Source: Vicugna vicugna (Eukaryota). From it: 64,000 bases of DNA. Location: NCBI GenBank assembly GCA_013265495.1, contig MU059902.1, positions 1,612,001 to 1,676,000 on the forward strand. The letters are read 5' to 3'. The position numbers and the translations under genes were made by a program. Positions 52,831 through 64,000 of the stretch are shown piece after piece. The notes beneath the pieces were generated by a model. That model was not told the origin of the DNA. It made no database searches and was given only the letters and a program-made list of their open reading frames with translations. The stretch's first letter is position 1. Each line of letters begins with the position of its first letter.

Positions 52831-54689
52831 GCGGCATCAACAGAAAGAGACGCAGCACAGTGGCCCCAGATGAAGCCGCGTCCGTCTCTGGCCAGGGGGA
52901 GGAGAGTGAGCCACTGGAGACTGGCCCATCTTAGCACAGCTCTAAACAGGAGTAACAGTGTGGAAAAAGTACCAATGTGTTTTCTTACTCTGCATTTACA
53001 CACAGAAGACCTGCTATTTCATTAGTACAGAGCTCACAGCTGGAATGGAAACCTCAACATCTCGAGAGCTTAACACAATAGACATTGGTTTTTGGCTCAT
53101 GTGCAGTCCAAGGGGGTGTTTCTGATGCACAGGGGAGCTCCATGCTGCCATTCAGGGACCCTGCTTGAGCCAGGCTTGCAAGAGGCAGATGTCCCATCCA
53201 TTCCATTAGCTGGGACTCAGTGACACAGTCACACCCCACCGCAAGGGAGGCCGGGGTCCCGGGGCCCCTGCACAGGTCCGGGGGGAAGCGGGTGTGGGGA
53301 GTACACATCAGTGCTTCTTTAGCATTTATCTACTTGGGGGGTGGGAGGGGAAGGGCAGTCGGGAATTCTCGGAAAACAAAATTAACGTCTCGTTTCTAAT
53401 GTTCAAAATAGGATTTGGCGACCCGAGAAAAGGCTTGAAATCTAGACATTGTTGAAAAAGAAAGGACTTACACAAACTCCTTTGACCTTTTTTAACCTTA
53501 CAAGGTTAGATGCTTCCTTTCCTCACCCTCCAAGGCCAGAGCAGACTGTGGTGTTTCTCCCGCTCCATGGACCCGAGTCCCGTCTTGCCGGGGGTCTGAC
53601 AGGACCCCAGGGTGGAAGGAGAGCGGCAGAACGGGGAGGCAACACAGGGAAGCGCACCTGTCTGCCCCCGGGCTCAGGGGAGGCAGGGGGAGGCAGGTGG
53701 GAGGGGGTGGGCAGGTAGACGGGGAGTTGTGTTGCGAGGACCCCGGGGGGGAAGGGCTCGGCCTCCCGCAGCCCTGGGAGGAGGGTACCTGGGCAGAGCT
53801 GCCTGGCTGGGGGCCACAGGGGTGGGTCTTGCTGTTCTAGCCGGCGGCGCTGAAGGCTGCAGTGGCCCTTGGGAGGGATGACCTGAAAGGGGTGACGGTG
53901 TGGATGGGTGGTCAGGACAGGAGGCGGTGGAGGCTGGCAGAGAGAGCCGGGGTCTACAGGGCCCCGCAGGGCCCAGCCAACTTCACAGCAGAACCTTGGA
54001 AATCGGGGGTCCGCCAAATCCCACCGGGCCCTGCAGTGTGCACCGGTGACCAGCCTGCAGCCAGGGCACGTGAGCCCCGCCCTGTTCCCAGCTGCACCCC
54101 AGAGAGGAGCTGGAGGGCAAAGACCCCAAAGGCCATTATCCTAAAGAGACTGAGTCAGACCCAAAGGGACAGTTCAAAGGATCAATATAGAATCCAATTA
54201 CATATTGTTCGGTCAGAGTTAATGCGTCTCTGACACACCCTCCAGCCACGCAGTTGGGGTTGGATCATGAGAAAGCTCAGGTCAGCCATAGACAAAAGAC
54301 TGGGCGCCTTTCCTTTGCATCTGAGTGTGGCGTGAGCAGCTCAGCCGGCCTGCCGGGCTCTAACCACAGTGGGGGGAGGAGAAGGAGGGGCGGGGGGCCA
54401 CCTCAGGTGGGTCCGAGCGGCGATGGCTCCCCTGCCTCCCGGGGCGTCCACAAGGTGGTGGAAGAGCCCCACCTTCCCTGGCCAGAGCGGAGCCGGAGCG
54501 CAGGGAGGGCCGGCTGGGGGAGCCAGCGGCGTTTCTAGTATTTCTCCGGCACAAAAGGGAAGAAGAGATGCTTTTTCTCTGACCTTGCAAGGATTCCTTG
54601 GTTCAATGGCTGAATTTTTTTTTTTTACTTTGTAAACACTTTTTCTGCTAAGCACATAGCCGCTTGGTGTTTTTTAATGAATAATATTA

Positions 54690-54880
54690 TTTTCAATAAC
54701 AGATCTTGTGCTAGGCCCTGTGTTAAGGCTTTCATGTACTTTAAACTTCATTTAACCATCTTACCTTTATGAAGTGGGCATTACCTCCACCATGTGTTTT
54801 GGATCCAGAAGTCTGAGGTCTGGTGAGCCTAAGCCCACTTGGAAGTCACAGTGGAATCCAGGACTCCAACCCGGGACTGG
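54690..54880 (-). mobile_element. MIR fragment
   Basis: TGTGCTAGGCCCTGTGTTAAGGCTTTCATG...CATTTAACC pattern. Confidence 0.5.
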
Positions 54881-55110
54881 AATCCAGGGCTGCGGGACCC
54901 CGGGGCCCACGCCTCCTGCAGCGTGTGGAGGCTGCGCCTGCAGTGTTTGCAGTCTTGCTTGGGGTCATTCATAGGTTCACCTAGCGATTATTTATTGAGC
55001 ACCTGCTTTCCACTGGTCGGGCTAGGAGAGGAGCTAGAAGAGAGATGCTCCATCAACAAAACTGCCTTTTGTTTTCCAGTTCAGGACTGGGCAGTTACAG
55101 AGCTGCAGGG

Positions 55111-55135
55111 GTGTGTGTGTGTGTGTGTGTGTGTG
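55111..55135. repeat. (GT)12 microsatellite
   Basis: Read directly. Confidence 0.95.
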
Positions 55136-55746
55136 CGTGCTCATGCCCGTGAAAGTGTGTGCTTCCACAAGTGATGCAGAGAAAGATGCCTTCTCTTAAT
55201 TTATTCAGAGTTACAGTCTACACTGCTTTTCACTCTTCAGGGAAGCCTCGGTGGATCTGACGTGTCCTACGCACATGCACACACCCCAGGCACCCACGCA
55301 CACACACGCACAGTCCAGGAGGAGAGGACACCCCGACTCCTTTGCATCCTCCGTAAAACTTGGCGGGGAGAAGGCCAACCACATGGTAGACACCCAAACG
55401 TAAAATTTATTTGACCTACGCAAAATGGGATCAGTTGAAATTGTGTGGATCTACCTGTGTCCGCACAGGTACGTGATGGGTTAGAACGGATTGTTATGGG
55501 CTGGCCTGGGAGCTTCATCAGACCCTTTCCAAACAGCTGCCCTCCTCATACCTGGACCCTCGGCCATCCAAAGGCTGGGACACAGGGGTTGTGGGTGGAA
55601 TCTGAGCTGAGCCAGGGAAGGAACTCAGGGTCCGGATGTCATGCGGCGCTAGACCTGGGAGTGTTGGCTTCAGGTTCTAGAACCAAGGCAGTGGCACCCA
55701 GGCTGCCTGTGGACTCCTCGACCGTGGGCTGAGAGACAGCCCCTTG

Positions 55747-55886
55747 GGGACACAGGTTCACCAGAGAAAATGCAGGACACCCAGTTAAATTCAAATCTCC
55801 AATCAACAGCAAATAGTTCTATGGATAAGTACGCTCCAGGCAACGTTCAGCATCCCGTATTTTGATGTGCTCCACCTGGCAGCCTT
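55747..55886. mobile_element. hAT MER53-like element (internally deleted)
   Basis: CCAGAGAAAATGCAGGACACCCAGTTAAATTCAAAT ... CCCGTATTTT...CTGGCAGCC imperfect inverted ends. Confidence 0.55.
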
Positions 55887-56799
55887 ATTGGGACAGCTGC
55901 TGGGAGCTGGCAGAAGAAGCCGCCCCAGGGAGCCTGAGCCTCTTTCTTGAAGCTGCCAGGCGATCAGGACCTCCAGGTCCAGTGCCTGCCAGGCTCAGCT
56001 TTGGTTTGCTGTCCCCTTGGGGGAGCAGTGAACACCCAGCGTGGACAGAGAAGTGCCAGCCAGCCTTTGGGCTGGTCCTGAGAGCAGAAGCTCCAGGATC
56101 ACACTCACTGGGATCTTTAAAGTTCCCAGTGGCTTTTGTGCGTTAACTAGATGGTCAATGTATTAAAATTCTGAATCTACTAAATGGAACTTTCCAGCAC
56201 TTAAATACTATTTATACAACGAATACATTTAAGACCTATTATGTTTTCAACTGAATTTTATCTTTTCTCTTAGTGCTTGTGAATTATTAAACTTTTATAT
56301 TAAGAAACAGAACATAGAAAAGTGCACAGAACAAAACGAATAGCTCAGTGACTTATCGCATATGCGGAACCACAGCCAGATCTACACAGAATATTCGCCA
56401 GCTCCCCAGAACCCCTCCCCATGTGGTATCTTTTTCTGCTCTCAACCCCTGCCAAGAAGTAATCACTCTTCCGACTTTTCTGTTCGTTGCCTTCTGGCTT
56501 TTTTGGTTTGTTTTTTCATTTTTCAGTTTTATTAGGTAGAATTGTTACAATTTGACTGCACATATACAATGTATTGCATGTAGATACATGTATACAGTGC
56601 ACTGTGCATTTTTTTTAGCATGTGTACTGATCATTGTTTCTAAGAACAGATTAGAGCTTTAGCTTTTTAAACTTACATAGTTATCGAAGGAATAAAGCCA
56701 ACCACAAAATAAGAATTAATTCAAAAAGATAACATACATCCTGCTATTAACAGCAACATTCTTTATAATCTGGCCTTTTAAAAACAATAGCTGTATCAG

Positions 56800-57310
56800 A
56801 TATGCCATGTCTGAGTTTGCTCCCCCCACCTCTACGCCCGCCTTGGCCAAAGCTGGTAGTTTATTGAGGAGATGGTTCCAGGAAGCAGGTGTAAGGAGAC
56901 TGAGAGAGGGGAGGGGGAAACGCTAATAACAAACACTTGAACGACCAGGTCACCAGTATGGGCAGCCGGGGCTCAGCCTTGTTGGGGGCCCTGAGAAGCC
57001 ACGTGGAACAAGAGTTATCATTGTCCTGCTGCAGGATGGGGCACTGAGGCGTTTATCTACCAACTTCGAGTCCCTTCGGCTGGGGGGGTACCACTCGGGG
57101 CCTAATTGCCTTGCACTGTAGCTGCATCTTTTGGAGGAAGAACAGGCTCTCAGGGTGCTGGAGACATCTCAGCCGCTCAAGGTGGGAACCTGTGGCGTGC
57201 TGGGAGCCGTCTACTGCAGCTACGAGCAAACCTCGAACCCAGATGAGCCTAGGACGTGCACTGTGGTGATACTCAGGGCCAGTCTGCTGCAAGATGTAGG
57301 GCTGGTACCA
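56800..57310. mobile_element. Ancient MaLR/ERVL LTR-like fragment
   Basis: AGTTTATTGAGGAGATGGTTCCAGGAAGCA...GGGCAGCCGGGGCTCAG resembles old MLT-type LTRs; subfamily uncertain. Confidence 0.4.
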
Positions 57311-57559
57311 GGATTTAAATTAATGCACTGCTTCCTTCATCTGGAAAGCCTTACTACAAAAAAAAAAAAAAGTCAGCTGAACTAAGTAGTGTGTGTCACC
57401 AAGTGACACTCTGGTGCAATCTCCTTGTTTCCTTGGACAGGATGAACGGGAAGCCTTTTGCAGGTTCTGTGCAGCAGCATGCATCCTTAAAATCTAGTGT
57501 TTAGTTTAGCTTTTTTTTTTTTAATGCAACCAAAATCAGAAGTATGTATTCTTTTGTGG

Positions 57560-59874
57560 GTTTTTGTTGGTGATGATCATCTTGATTTGGAAAGTCATCC
57601 ATGTAGATTTTGCTCCTTTTCAGAGCTGTAATGTGTAGGCGTACCCTGAGATAGTTAATCCATCCTTCTGTTGACAGACATTTGGGCTGTTTCCGTTTTA
57701 GAGTTAATTATAATAATGCTACTCTGGATATGGTAATGCATGTTTTGCATAGACATACGCAGGCATTTCTTTTGGGTATATACCCAGAAATGGAATCTCA
57801 GGGTAGATATATACTGACCTTTGGCAGATCATCTCAAACAGCTTCCCAAAAGATTGTATGAAGGTACTCTCCTAACAGCAATGTGTATTGTGCAATACTT
57901 GGCATGTTGCCTTTTACTTTTAGCCCACCCGGGAGGTGTATACTGGTGTGTAATGGTGGTTATAATCTACATTTCCCTGTGACCGAAGGCATAGCATCTC
58001 TTCCTACGTTCATTAGTTATCTCAGTGTCTGCTCTGCAGGGCGCCTGATCAAGCCTCCCCCCATATTTCTGTTGGGTGATCTGTTCTTCTTACTGATTTC
58101 TAAGCACTTACTTTGTATTTATAGTTTAATCTTTTGCATAATTTTAATATAGTTCAAATAATCAGTTGTTTTCTTTCGGGCATTTTTTGGTGTCCTACTT
58201 AAGCCCTTCCTTACCTCAAAGTTATAAATACATTCTCCTGTGTTTTTAGAAATTTTATTTTTGACTTTTTATGTTTAGGCCTATAATTTATCAAGAAGTG
58301 ATTTATTTTTAATATAACATAGGTGTCAAGCTTAATTTTTTTCCATATGAATGTCTGCTTGGCTGAACAACATTTATTGAAGAATGTTCTTTCCTCACTA
58401 TTCCACAGTGCCATCTTTGTCACAACTCAAGAACCTACATGTGGGGGTCTGTTTCTGGACTCTGTTCTGTTCCATTCACCCATTAGCCTATGTGCATGTA
58501 GCTTTATGGTAAATCTATGTCTGGGAGAGTAAATTCTCCAACTTTGTGCTTCTTTGAAAGTTTTCTGACTGTTCTCGACTCTTGCGTATGTTTAAGAATC
58601 AGTCTTTCAAGTTCCATACATATTTATTATAAAACCTCTTGGATTTTTAAACTTTGGGATTTTAAAATGATAGATTTATCTGGAAGGATTGAAAATTTTG
58701 CAATTTGCAATCTGTGAACATTGTATATGTATATATCTCTCCATTTATTTAGGTCTTTTAAGATTTCAGTAATGTATTATGATATACAGGACTTGCATGT
58801 CATTTATTTATTCCTAGGTACTTGCAATTTTTTGTGCTATTGTAAGTGGTATCATTTTCAAATTTTTTATTTTCAGTTTGTTATTAGTATCTAGAAATAC
58901 AATTTTTTTGTGTATTTACCTTATATCTAGCAACCTTGCTAAGTACATTCATTTTAATAATTTGTTTAGCTCTTTTAAGCTTTTCTATATCAACAGACAT
59001 GTTGTCTGTGAATAATGACAATTTCCACCTTTCTTTCCAATTTTTATGTCTTTTATGTCTTTTTCTTGCCGTACTGCACTGTCTAGTACCTCCAAAACAA
59101 TGTTGAATAGAACTAGAGTTAGCAGACATTCTCATCCATTCTTAATTTTGAGAAAAAGCTTTTAACATTTTACCTTAAGCACGATGCATGCTGTAGGTTC
59201 TTTGCAGACATTCCTATCATTTTAAGGAAGCTCTCTTCTATTTCTAGTTAAGAATTTTTCTCATGAATGAGTATTGAATTTAATCAAAGGCTTTAAAAAT
59301 CCATTGATAGGTTCATAATTTTTACTTTTGCTTTTAACATGGTAAATTAATTTTCAAATGTTATACCAACATTACTTTCTAGGGCAAAACACAGTTTAGC
59401 TGTGATATATCATTCTATTTATGTATTGATTGACTTGCCTTGCTAATATTTTGCTCAAGAGAGATTAGTCTGTCTCAGTTTTCCTTTTTAAAAATGTCTC
59501 ATCAGATTTGATTTCAAGGTCGTGCTGGCCTCATAAAACAAATTAAAGTGTGCTTCTCTCTCCTCTTCCCCCCACCCCCATTTCCAGGGAGAATTTGGGT
59601 AATATTAGGTAATTTTTATTAAATGTTGAGATGAATTCACCAGTGAGCCAGCTGGGCCTGGAGGTTTCTTTGTGTAAACATTTTCATTGTGAATTAAGTT
59701 GCTTTAATAATTATAGGCTACTTAGATTTTCTATTTCTTTTTGTGATGGTTTGGGACTATATGTTTTCCAAGAAAATTGTCCACTTCATCTTAATTTAAA
59801 AAAGATTTTGCCACAAATTTGTTTATATCTGCTTATGCCCTTTTTGATGTCTCTAAGATCTGAACTAATGCCCC
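57560..59874 (-). mobile_element. Old degenerate L1 (L1M-type), antisense; resumes briefly at ~60297-60370
   Basis: T-rich L1 ORF2 antisense motifs (AATGTTGAATAGAA, GTGAGCCAGCTGGGCCTGGAG, TTTCTTGATCAGTCTTGCC). Confidence 0.8.
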
Positions 59875-60296
59875 TGTTATGAGCTGAATTGTGTCTCCCC
59901 CTCCCTCCCAAATTCATATGTTAAAGTCCTAACCCTCAGTACCTCAGAACGTGACTGTCTTTGGAGACATGGCTTTTGAAAGAGGTAATTAAGGTAGAAT
60001 GAGGTGACAAGGCTTTTCAAAGAGGTAATTAAGGTAGAATGAGGTCATATGGGTGGTCTCTACTCCAAGGTGACTGGTGTCCTTATAGGAAGAAAAGAGT
60101 AGAATACAGACACCCACAGACGGAAGACCGTGTGAACACATGGAGAACACGGCCATCTACATGCTGAGGAGAGAGGCGTGGAACAGATCCTTCCCTGGAA
60201 CCAACCCTGCTGACACCTTGATCTTGGACTTCTAGGCTCCATGACGGAGAAAATGTCAGTGGTACTATGTTATGGCAGCCTGAACAAACCAATACA
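59875..60296 (+). mobile_element. MaLR solo LTR (MLT1A/B/C-like)
   Basis: Starts TGTTATGAGCTGAATTGTG, contains CCAAATTCATATGTT and GACTGGTGTCCTTATAGGAAGA, ends ATGGCAGCC...AATACA. Confidence 0.85.
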
Positions 60297-61179
60297 GTAC
60301 CATTTTTTCATTCCTGATATTACTTAGTCTTTCTTCTTTCTTGATCAGTCTTGCCAATCACCAAGAAAAACTTAGATCACACTTAGGGACCCACAGAGAT
60401 TTGGGAGACAAGTATTAGTTGCTTCTACAGGGGTGTCCCGCAGTCAGAAGATGGTCTGTCCTCCACAGCACAGACAGACTCACAGGTTCTAAATATCCAC
60501 TGAAAGTATCTATGGCCATGTCCCACATCACGAAACCTAAACACGCTGCCTAATTTTCTGGGCCCTCCATGATGTGCTTCCCTCTGTCCACTCGGTCATT
60601 TCTGTCCTCAAACTGCATAAGCCACTCTCATAACCCCAGACCTGCCCTTGACTGTGAGTGACTCTCCTCTCTCCTGGATCACTGCCTTTCCCAGGGATGT
60701 ACTGAAGTCCTACCAAATCTTGAAGTTTCGCCTGCTTTCTCTAACCATTCTCTGTCTCCTCTGCACTTGCCTGTCTGGGCCACATAATTTAGCTCCTAAT
60801 TGGACAGTGGCTCTCCCTGTTCAATATCATGTCGTTTGTGTTTGTCTTCTGTCCCTAAATAAGTCTGTCGGCCCCCAAGCTATTTAGCACATTTTCAGTT
60901 CTCACTCAACACTACCCACTTGTTAACTGATAGAGATTGATTTAGAACATCGACAGAGACTCTTTCTAGCTTTGGAAATCCTCACCTCCTCTGCATAGGA
61001 GGCCTCGCCCTTGCATTTGATTTCTGCCTGCGCACGGTGGTGGACCCAGGCTCTGAGACCCCTCAGGTCCGTTCCCATCTTTTGGCCTTAATATTTTCTT
61101 TGCCACAAGGTGGCCTGAAATAAGCCACAGGGAACAGACAGGGCTTCTTTCTTCTCTTTTCCTTCAGTTCTCTTGGACA

Positions 61180-61355
61180 ACAGTTTTCACACTGTGGTGT
61201 GACTAAGGTCCAACGTGGGTGCTTTTAAAAATGCTCGTTACAAGTTCCCCAGAGATTCTGATGCAGTACATCTGGGATGGTGAGTTTAACAAACATCTGG
61301 GTACTTCTGGGCAGATGGAACTGGGACCGCAGCATGAGACACCAGGCTCCTGCGA
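61180..61355. mobile_element. MER5A-like hAT element
   Basis: GTGCTTTTAAAAATGC...CCCCAGAGATTCTGAT...TTTAACAAACATC pattern. Confidence 0.5.
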
Positions 61356-61721
61356 GTTTTGGATGATTTTAACTACTAAGTGCCCCTTGGTTCTTGGAAT
61401 TTCTTTTCTTACACGGTCTCCTTTGTCCTTCTAGTTTTAAATGAAAGTGTTGCACCCCGTTTCCTTTTAGGTTTCCCTCAAAGACCATCAAAGCTTGAAC
61501 AGATTTAAAACAACCCCCTTTGGGCTCGCAGACACTCACTCCCTGCAGAGGTGAGTTAAAACCTGCATCCCAGGTCAACATTTACATCTCCTTGCAGTGA
61601 CTGGTGGAGCTATGAGCTTCCAAGCATATAAGGTTGGAGCTGTAAGATTGGGGTCCTGGTTCATGATCACCTCAACTACTATGGGTTGAAAAGGTTAAAG
61701 CGTGGCTCTGACTGCAGCATC

Positions 61722-62339
61722 TGGCATTGTTAGAGCAGGCAGGTAGCTAGGCATGAGCGGAGAAAGGGGGACGGGGACCAAATGGGAGGAAACCATGCAT
61801 CTTGTGAACAACGGGGGTCCTTGGACAGACCAAGAAAAACAGGATCCTCTGGACTGATAAAAAACCATACCTTCTGGGTTGACAAATGTCCTGGAGGCAG
61901 AAGGGTGGGACAGGGCAGGAATCCCATCACCTGAATGTAACCTTTCGGTCATTGTGACCTCCCATCCAAATGTAACCTTTTGCTTATGACATCCCCATCT
62001 GAATGTAACCTTTTGTTCATTAGGACCTCATTCAACTTCCCGATCGAGACTAAATAAGGACAAAAAGTCCCTCCTCCCCACCTGGGAAGGTGGAGCTGGG
62101 ATGAAGATCAGGAAAGACTACCCCACACCCCTCCCTGTCAGTGAATATCCTGCCCATTCACTTTTACACCCATGTAATGAGCTTGCCAAGGAAACTCGGG
62201 GTGGCTACCCACCTGGGTCTGCCCGCTCTCCCCCTGAGTGTGCACTATCTATCCTTTATAAATCCTTGCTTTGCTTGCAAGACCTCCATGTCTTGTTTCT
62301 GAATTCTTTCTGCGACAAGACAAGAACCTCTCGCTATCA
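61722..62339 (+). mobile_element. Solo ERV1-like LTR
   Basis: TG...CA termini flanked by CATC on both sides (61718-61721, 62340-62343), internal tandem repeats, and a TATAAA/polyA-like motif at 62257 followed by a U5-like pyrimidine tract. The 5' end could alternatively be TGTTAGAG at 61728. Confidence 0.75.
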
Positions 62340-64000
62340 CATCTTCTAGCAGGATTTCCCAAGAAAAAGCCTCTGGTTTAAATCAGGGTTCAAACCAGCA
62401 CTGAGTTATCAAATACAACCCAAGAGAAAGGAATATTTAAATGCTGGTCTTCATTTTATAATCTAGAAGCTTGGAGGGAAAAGAGATACATGTTCCTGTA
62501 GGTTTTTATATGCAAAGAAAGGGTCTGGAATGATCCACACTGAACCACAATAGCGCCTCCCCTTGGGCAGTGGCATTGAGGTGGGACACGTGACATTAAC
62601 CTTTAACTCAGCCACTTGAGTACTTTGTGGAGGGTGGGGGAGCATGTGCTCCTTCTGTAACCAAAATAAGTCACAGAGCAAAAAACCCTGCGCCATCTTT
62701 TCAAACAAAACATCCAGCACAGGTACTCAGTGTTCTTTCTGTGTGATTAAAGGAGTGAGGCACAGCGCCTTCTCTCTTGGACTACTGCATTCACAAATTA
62801 CCAGAATGTTCTAACACAGATTTGTGATTTAGGACCAAGTCCCAAGATTAGAGAAGGATCTTTGAAGAAATTACGAGTGTGGAATAGTTAAACAGTTCTT
62901 GTTGTCCAGGAAGGAACTCCTTCGATAATTTATAGGGCAGTAGAATTGAAAGATTTCTGGGTGACTCTGGGCTCTTAATTCTATTTTTTGCACAATTTAA
63001 AGTATTGTTTCCCAACTTCTAATTTTCTCAGCAACATCAGTCAGGTGCTTTTGAACTTCAGCCCGACAGAAGTTAACAGCTCTCCATGCATCACTCGCTG
63101 TAGCATTGTGTCCGCCATCAGGGTTTGGATGCGAAGGGCTTTGTCTTCATTTAAACTTGACCAACAAGGGCCTGGTGGGACCCTCCCACCTCCACAAATC
63201 TCCACTCTGCCCTCCCACCGTGATGTGTCTCCTGTTTGTGAGTCGTTTGGTATCAATTAAACGGCTCAGCTTTCTCCTCCCATGAATTCTGCCTTCTGCA
63301 GTGCATTCATCCCGCCCTTACTTTCAGCTACATTTGGGCCCAACATTTCAGCCGCCAACAGACAGACACCTCATTATTTATCCAGCTTCAATTGGGACTC
63401 TTTCTATTTCTTGGAAACCTCCCTCAAGAGCTCCATAAGCCTTTCTCTGATGAAAACAGTTGTTCCTGCCGAGTGAAATTCCGCTTACGGGTGCAACACA
63501 GCCCACGTTGTTCTCTGTCTTAAAAGAGACTTTTTTTTAACCCCATTTAGCTTGTTTTTCAACGAGGCTCAGTGGATTAGACTTCTTCATTCAGGAGGCA
63601 CCTGGTCGGCAGCAGTTGTCCTTTTTCAAATAAAATTAGATTCTTTACTCGAGGACCTATGTTTTGGAAGCAGCCAACTCAGTAACCTTGAGGTCTGTCT
63701 CTGGCCAGCTGGAGGGCGGTGGTGGTCCCGCTCTGTTTGGGACAGTTTGGGCCCCAAACTGGCCAAGACTGTATCTGCTGGTGGTCTCACCAGTGAGCTG
63801 GGCCGCCTCCTGTTTCTTCCTCTAGGAATTTGCTGTAAAACAATTTGCTGGCTCCTTTCCAGACAGAAAATTCCAGGGGCTGATGAGAGAGGTCTCTGAA
63901 GGTGCTAAGGCTTCTTGTTAGACACTTGGAGGAACGGAAGTGGAGAGCATCTTTTAAAAAATATATATTTTATTTATTTATTGGTTTTGTTTGTTTTTGG

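Noticed and set aside
61923-62028. Short spaced repeats resembling a CRISPR array
   Set aside because: Imperfect tandem units without unique spacers inside an LTR in mammalian DNA; no cas genes.
62860-63510. Protein-like minus-strand frame (…FIRERLMELLREVSKK…LNEDKALRIQTLMADTMLQRV…) suggesting a decayed pseudogene
   Set aside because: About 8 stops in ~180 codons is close to random expectation and I recognise no parent protein. A tBLASTx hit to a known gene would overturn this.

Overview
This is mammalian genomic DNA, probably camelid (inferred from tRNA-Ala-derived SINEs and a cetartiodactyl-type L1 3' end). It holds two convergent genes. (1) The 3' part of RERE (atrophin-2) lies on +: ~13 kb of a long intron, ten coding exons from 12965 to 22234 (SANT C-terminus, GATA-type zinc finger, atrophin domain) and a long 3' UTR; the terminal coding exon is hidden in N-gap 22457-22587. 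(2) SLC45A1 (proton-associated sugar transporter, MFS-like) lies on -: ATG at 46695, stop at 31474, AATAAA at 31408-31413 and a CpG-island promoter near 51.0-51.4 kb; one ~93-nt coding exon is missing and most likely sits in N-gap 45676-45823. The rest is introns and intergenic DNA with ordinary mammalian repeats (MIR, L1, L2, Tigger/hAT MERs, MaLR LTRs, a solo ERV-like LTR, microsatellites) and six N-gaps. The most notable items are a 124-bp frameshifting tandem duplication in the large RERE exon (most likely an assembly artefact), a candidate upstream SLC45A1 exon giving an in-frame 45-aa N-terminal extension, several candidate alternative splice sites in RERE, and an exon-like segment between the genes. 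I found no convincing previously undescribed biological system, and no CRISPR, rRNA or genuine tRNA genes. Comparisons to human proteins and repeat consensus names are from memory, not from searches.
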